Source of the DNA: the human T2T-CHM13v2.0 reference genome, Homo sapiens
Assembly: GCF_009914755.1 (NCBI RefSeq)
Contig: NC_060947.1
Length of the DNA stretch: 64,000 bases
Reading direction: 5' to 3' (one strand)
The position numbers and the translations under genes were made by a program. Positions 60,147 through 64,000 of this stretch are shown piece by piece (the stretch's first letter is position 1; the number at the start of each line of letters is the position of its first letter). The notes under the pieces were generated by a model, which saw only the letters and a program-made list of their open reading frames with translations, made no database searches and was not told the origin of the DNA.

Positions 60147-60468
60147 TTTTTTTTTTTTCTTTTTTCTTTCTTTCTTTCTTTTTTTTTTTTAAGACCGGTT
60201 CTTACTCTGTCAACCAGGTGGAGTGCAGTGGTATGATCAAGGCACCCTGCAGCCTCAATCTCCTGGGCTCCAGTGTTCCTCTTGCCTCAGCCTCCCAAGT
60301 AGCTGGGACTGCAGGCACTTGGCACCATGACTGGCTAGTTTTTTTATTTTACTTTTAGTAAAGATGAGGTCTTGCTATGTTGCCTAGGCTGGTCTCAAAC
60401 TCCTGAGCTCAAGCACACCCCGACCTCCCAAAGTGCTAGGATTACAGACGTAAGCCACCGTGCCTAGC
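60147..60468 (-). mobile_element. AluJ
   Basis: Diverged dimer. TSD gaccagatttc. Confidence 0.88.
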
Positions 60469-60903
60469 GATGACCAGATTTCAAGTACCTTTAAACTAGC
60501 AGTAAGTTTGCCATTTTGTCCCCTGATATTCCCCTGCCTAAATGCAGCACAGCGTAAAACCAAGCGTGGGCACCAAGCTACAGACAGCAAGTTCCAGGAG
60601 AAGCAAGTAGTGGCAAAGGTAACACCCAGAGAGAATGTAGAAATCCCCATGGCTTTCTTTTGTTTTTTTTTTTTTTCTTCATGCCCTCATGCATCAGTCT
60701 TCAAGTAACCTTATGGTGGCAACAGAAGCTGCAGTGAGAGTCAGCAGGAGCCAGAACTCCAAGGAAGGGAAATCTCTTCCCTGAATCCTCTTTCTCTTTC
60801 TTCCTATCCATTGGTCCTAAATGGAGTACAGTCACAAAAATACATGACAAGTTAGATAACTAAAGACACAGCTTTCTGACTGGAGGACTGAAAACAGGAG
60901 TTA

Positions 60904-61617
<714 letters not shown>

Positions 61618-61799
61618 CTATAAGAAGAACCAGGAAAATCACAGATTGCTGGGGTGGGGGGGTGGGGGTGGGGGAGGAGACGGAACACGAACAAAAAGAT
61701 GCCAATGCTGAGATGATAATAATATTAGAATTATATGATAAAGACTTTAAGGCAGTTATTATCCAAATGTTCCAACAAGTAATGGTGAACCCCCCCCCC

Positions 61800-62098
61800 T
61801 TTTTTTTTTTTTTTTTGAGACAGAGTTTCGCTCTTTCACCCAGGCTGGGGTGAAGTGGCGCAATCTCCACTTACTGCAACCTCCGGTCCCCGGGCTTAAG
61901 TGATTCTCCTGCCTCAGCCTCCTGAGTAGCTGGGATTATAGGCACTCACCACCACGCCCGGCTAATTTTTGTATTTTTAGTAGAGACGGGGTTTTGCCAT
62001 GTTGACCAGGCTGGTCTCAAATTCCTGACCTCAGGTCATCCACCTGCCTCGGCCTCCCAAAGTGCTAGGATTACAGGCATGAGCCACTGTGCCTGGCC
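61800..62098 (-). mobile_element. AluSx
   Basis: Full dimer. The T tail is preceded by a C run. Confidence 0.92.
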
Positions 62099-62159
62099 AA
62101 CACTTTTTAAATGAATGGAAAAATAGAAAATCTCAACAAAGAAATGGAACATGTAAATT

Positions 62160-62915
62160 ATCGGGGAAATGCAAATGAAAACCACAGTGAGACACCACCT
62201 TACTGCTGCAAGGATGGCCATAATTTAAAAGTCAGAAAATAAATAGATGTTGGCATGGATGTGGTGAAAAGGGAGCACTCTTACACTGCTGGTGGGAATG
62301 TAAACTAGTATAACCTCTGTGGAAAACAGTATGGAGATTCCTTAAAGAACTAAAAGTATAATACCATTTGAACCAGCAATCCCACTGCTGGGTATCTACC
62401 CAGAGGAAAAGAAGTCATTATATGGAAGACACATGCACATGCTTGTTTATAGCAGCATAATTTGCAATTGCAAAAATATGAAACCAACATAAATGCCCAT
62501 GAGCTAACGAGTAGATAAAGAAAATGTGGTATATATACACCATGGAATACTACTCAGCCATCAAACGAAATGAAATAGTGGCCTTTGTAGCAACTTGGAT
62601 GGGGCTGGAGGCCATTATTCTAAGTGAAGTAACTCAGGAATGGAAAATCAAGTATCGTATGTTCTCACTTATAAGTGGGTATGTTCCCACTTATAAGGGG
62701 GAGCTAAGCTATGAGGATGCAAAGGCATAAGAATGATATAATGAACTTTGGGGACTTGGGGGGAAGGATGGAGGGGGTGAGGAATAAAAGACTATACATT
62801 GGGTACAGTATACAATGCTTAGGTGGTGGGTGCATCAAAATCTCAGAAATCACCACTAAAGAACTTATCCATGTAACCAAAAACCACCTGTACCCCCAAA
62901 AACTATTGAAATAAT
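62160..62915 (+). mobile_element. L1PB 3' end
   Basis: ORF2 tail MWYIYTMEYYSAIKRNEI and 3' UTR aaatcaccactaaagaacttatccatgtaacc. Confidence 0.85.
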
Positions 62916-63139
62916 TTTTTTTTAACTCACAGAGTGGTTGGAAACCCTCATAATGGTCTCCACCCTCCTGGGGGAAAAAAAAAAGAAATAGAAGATGTAA
63001 GGAAGAGTCAAATGGATATATCAGAAGCAAAAAATATAATTACCAAAGCAAAAAACTTAGTGGGCTCAATCATAGAATGGAGACGACAGGAGAAAGAGTA
63101 AATGAGCTTGAAGATAGATCAATAGAAATTATCCAGTGT

Positions 63140-63438
63140 AGACGAGGCATGGTGCCTCATACCTGTAAATCCCAACACTTTGGGAGGCCGAGCCGGACAG
63201 TTCACTTGAGGCCAGGAGTTCAAGACCAGCCTGGCCAACATGGTGAAACCCCATCTGTACTAGAAATTTTTTTAAAAATTAGCTGGGCGTGGCGGTACTT
63301 GCCTGTAACCCAGCTACTCAGGAGGCTGAGACACGAGAATCATTTAAACCCAGGAGTCGGCGGTTGCAGTGAGCCAAGATCATGCCATTGCATTCCAGCC
63401 TGCGCGACAGAGCAAGACTCTGTCTTAAAGAGAATAAA
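63140..63438 (+). mobile_element. AluS (Sz-like)
   Basis: Full dimer. TSD agaaattatccagt. Confidence 0.88.
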
Positions 63439-64000
63439 AGAAATTATCCAGTATACAGAAGACAGGAAAAGACTGGGAGGGGGAAAAAGGAGCCTTGGGG
63501 ACCTGCGGAACAATAACAGAAAAATCTGACAGTCATGTCATTGGAATAACAAGGAAAGAAGGACCATAGGGCCAAAAAATTATTTGAAGAAATAATATTT
63601 GAAACGTCCTGAGTTGGGCAGAAGACATGAATTTACAGATTTAAAAAGCTCAGAACCCCAAACAGGATAAAATAAATTTATTCCCAGGTAAAGCATAATA
63701 AAATTATTTAAAACAAAAAATTCTGAAAGCCAGGGAAAAATGACGTATATAAGAAAAAAAGATTTAACTGATGATATATTTCTCATCAGAAACCCTGGAG
63801 CCAGAGGAAGTGGAACATTTTGGAAGTGTTTAAACAATTATCAGTACAAATTTCTATGTCCAGCAAAAAATACTCTTCAGGAGTAAAAGTGAAAGAAAGA
63901 CATTCTCAGATGAGTAGGATAATTCATTGCCAGCCGACCAGCTCTGAGAATTGCTAAAGGAAGTTATTCAGAGAGAGGGGAAATGAATGCTGGAGGAAAC

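Overview
This is primate DNA, most likely human, from the 3' part of POLA1 (DNA polymerase alpha catalytic subunit) on Xp22, just upstream of ARX. I found only one coding exon: a 117-bp exon at 44246-44362 (+ strand). It encodes [39 protein letters not shown], the second zinc-binding module of the POLA1 C-terminal domain, and the ORF track misses it. The rest is two very large introns containing about 20 Alu-family copies, old L1/L2/MIR, MLT1 LTRs and DNA-transposon fossils. Repeat-free islands match the known POLA1/ARX ultraconserved elements (about uc.461 at 2.9-3.3 kb, uc.462 at 32.9-33.7 kb and uc.463-465 at 54.0-55.9 kb). Their names and boundaries come from memory, not from an alignment. 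The ORF-track entries appear spurious (Alu- or L1-derived, or chance). I see no evidence of a new gene system. The most interesting testable leads are a 9-mer shared by the ultraconserved elements, an exact 13-bp repeat 160 bp apart in uc.464, an RFX motif cluster and a possible poison exon in uc.462, a candidate recursive splice site midway through the long intron, and inverted-Alu clusters.
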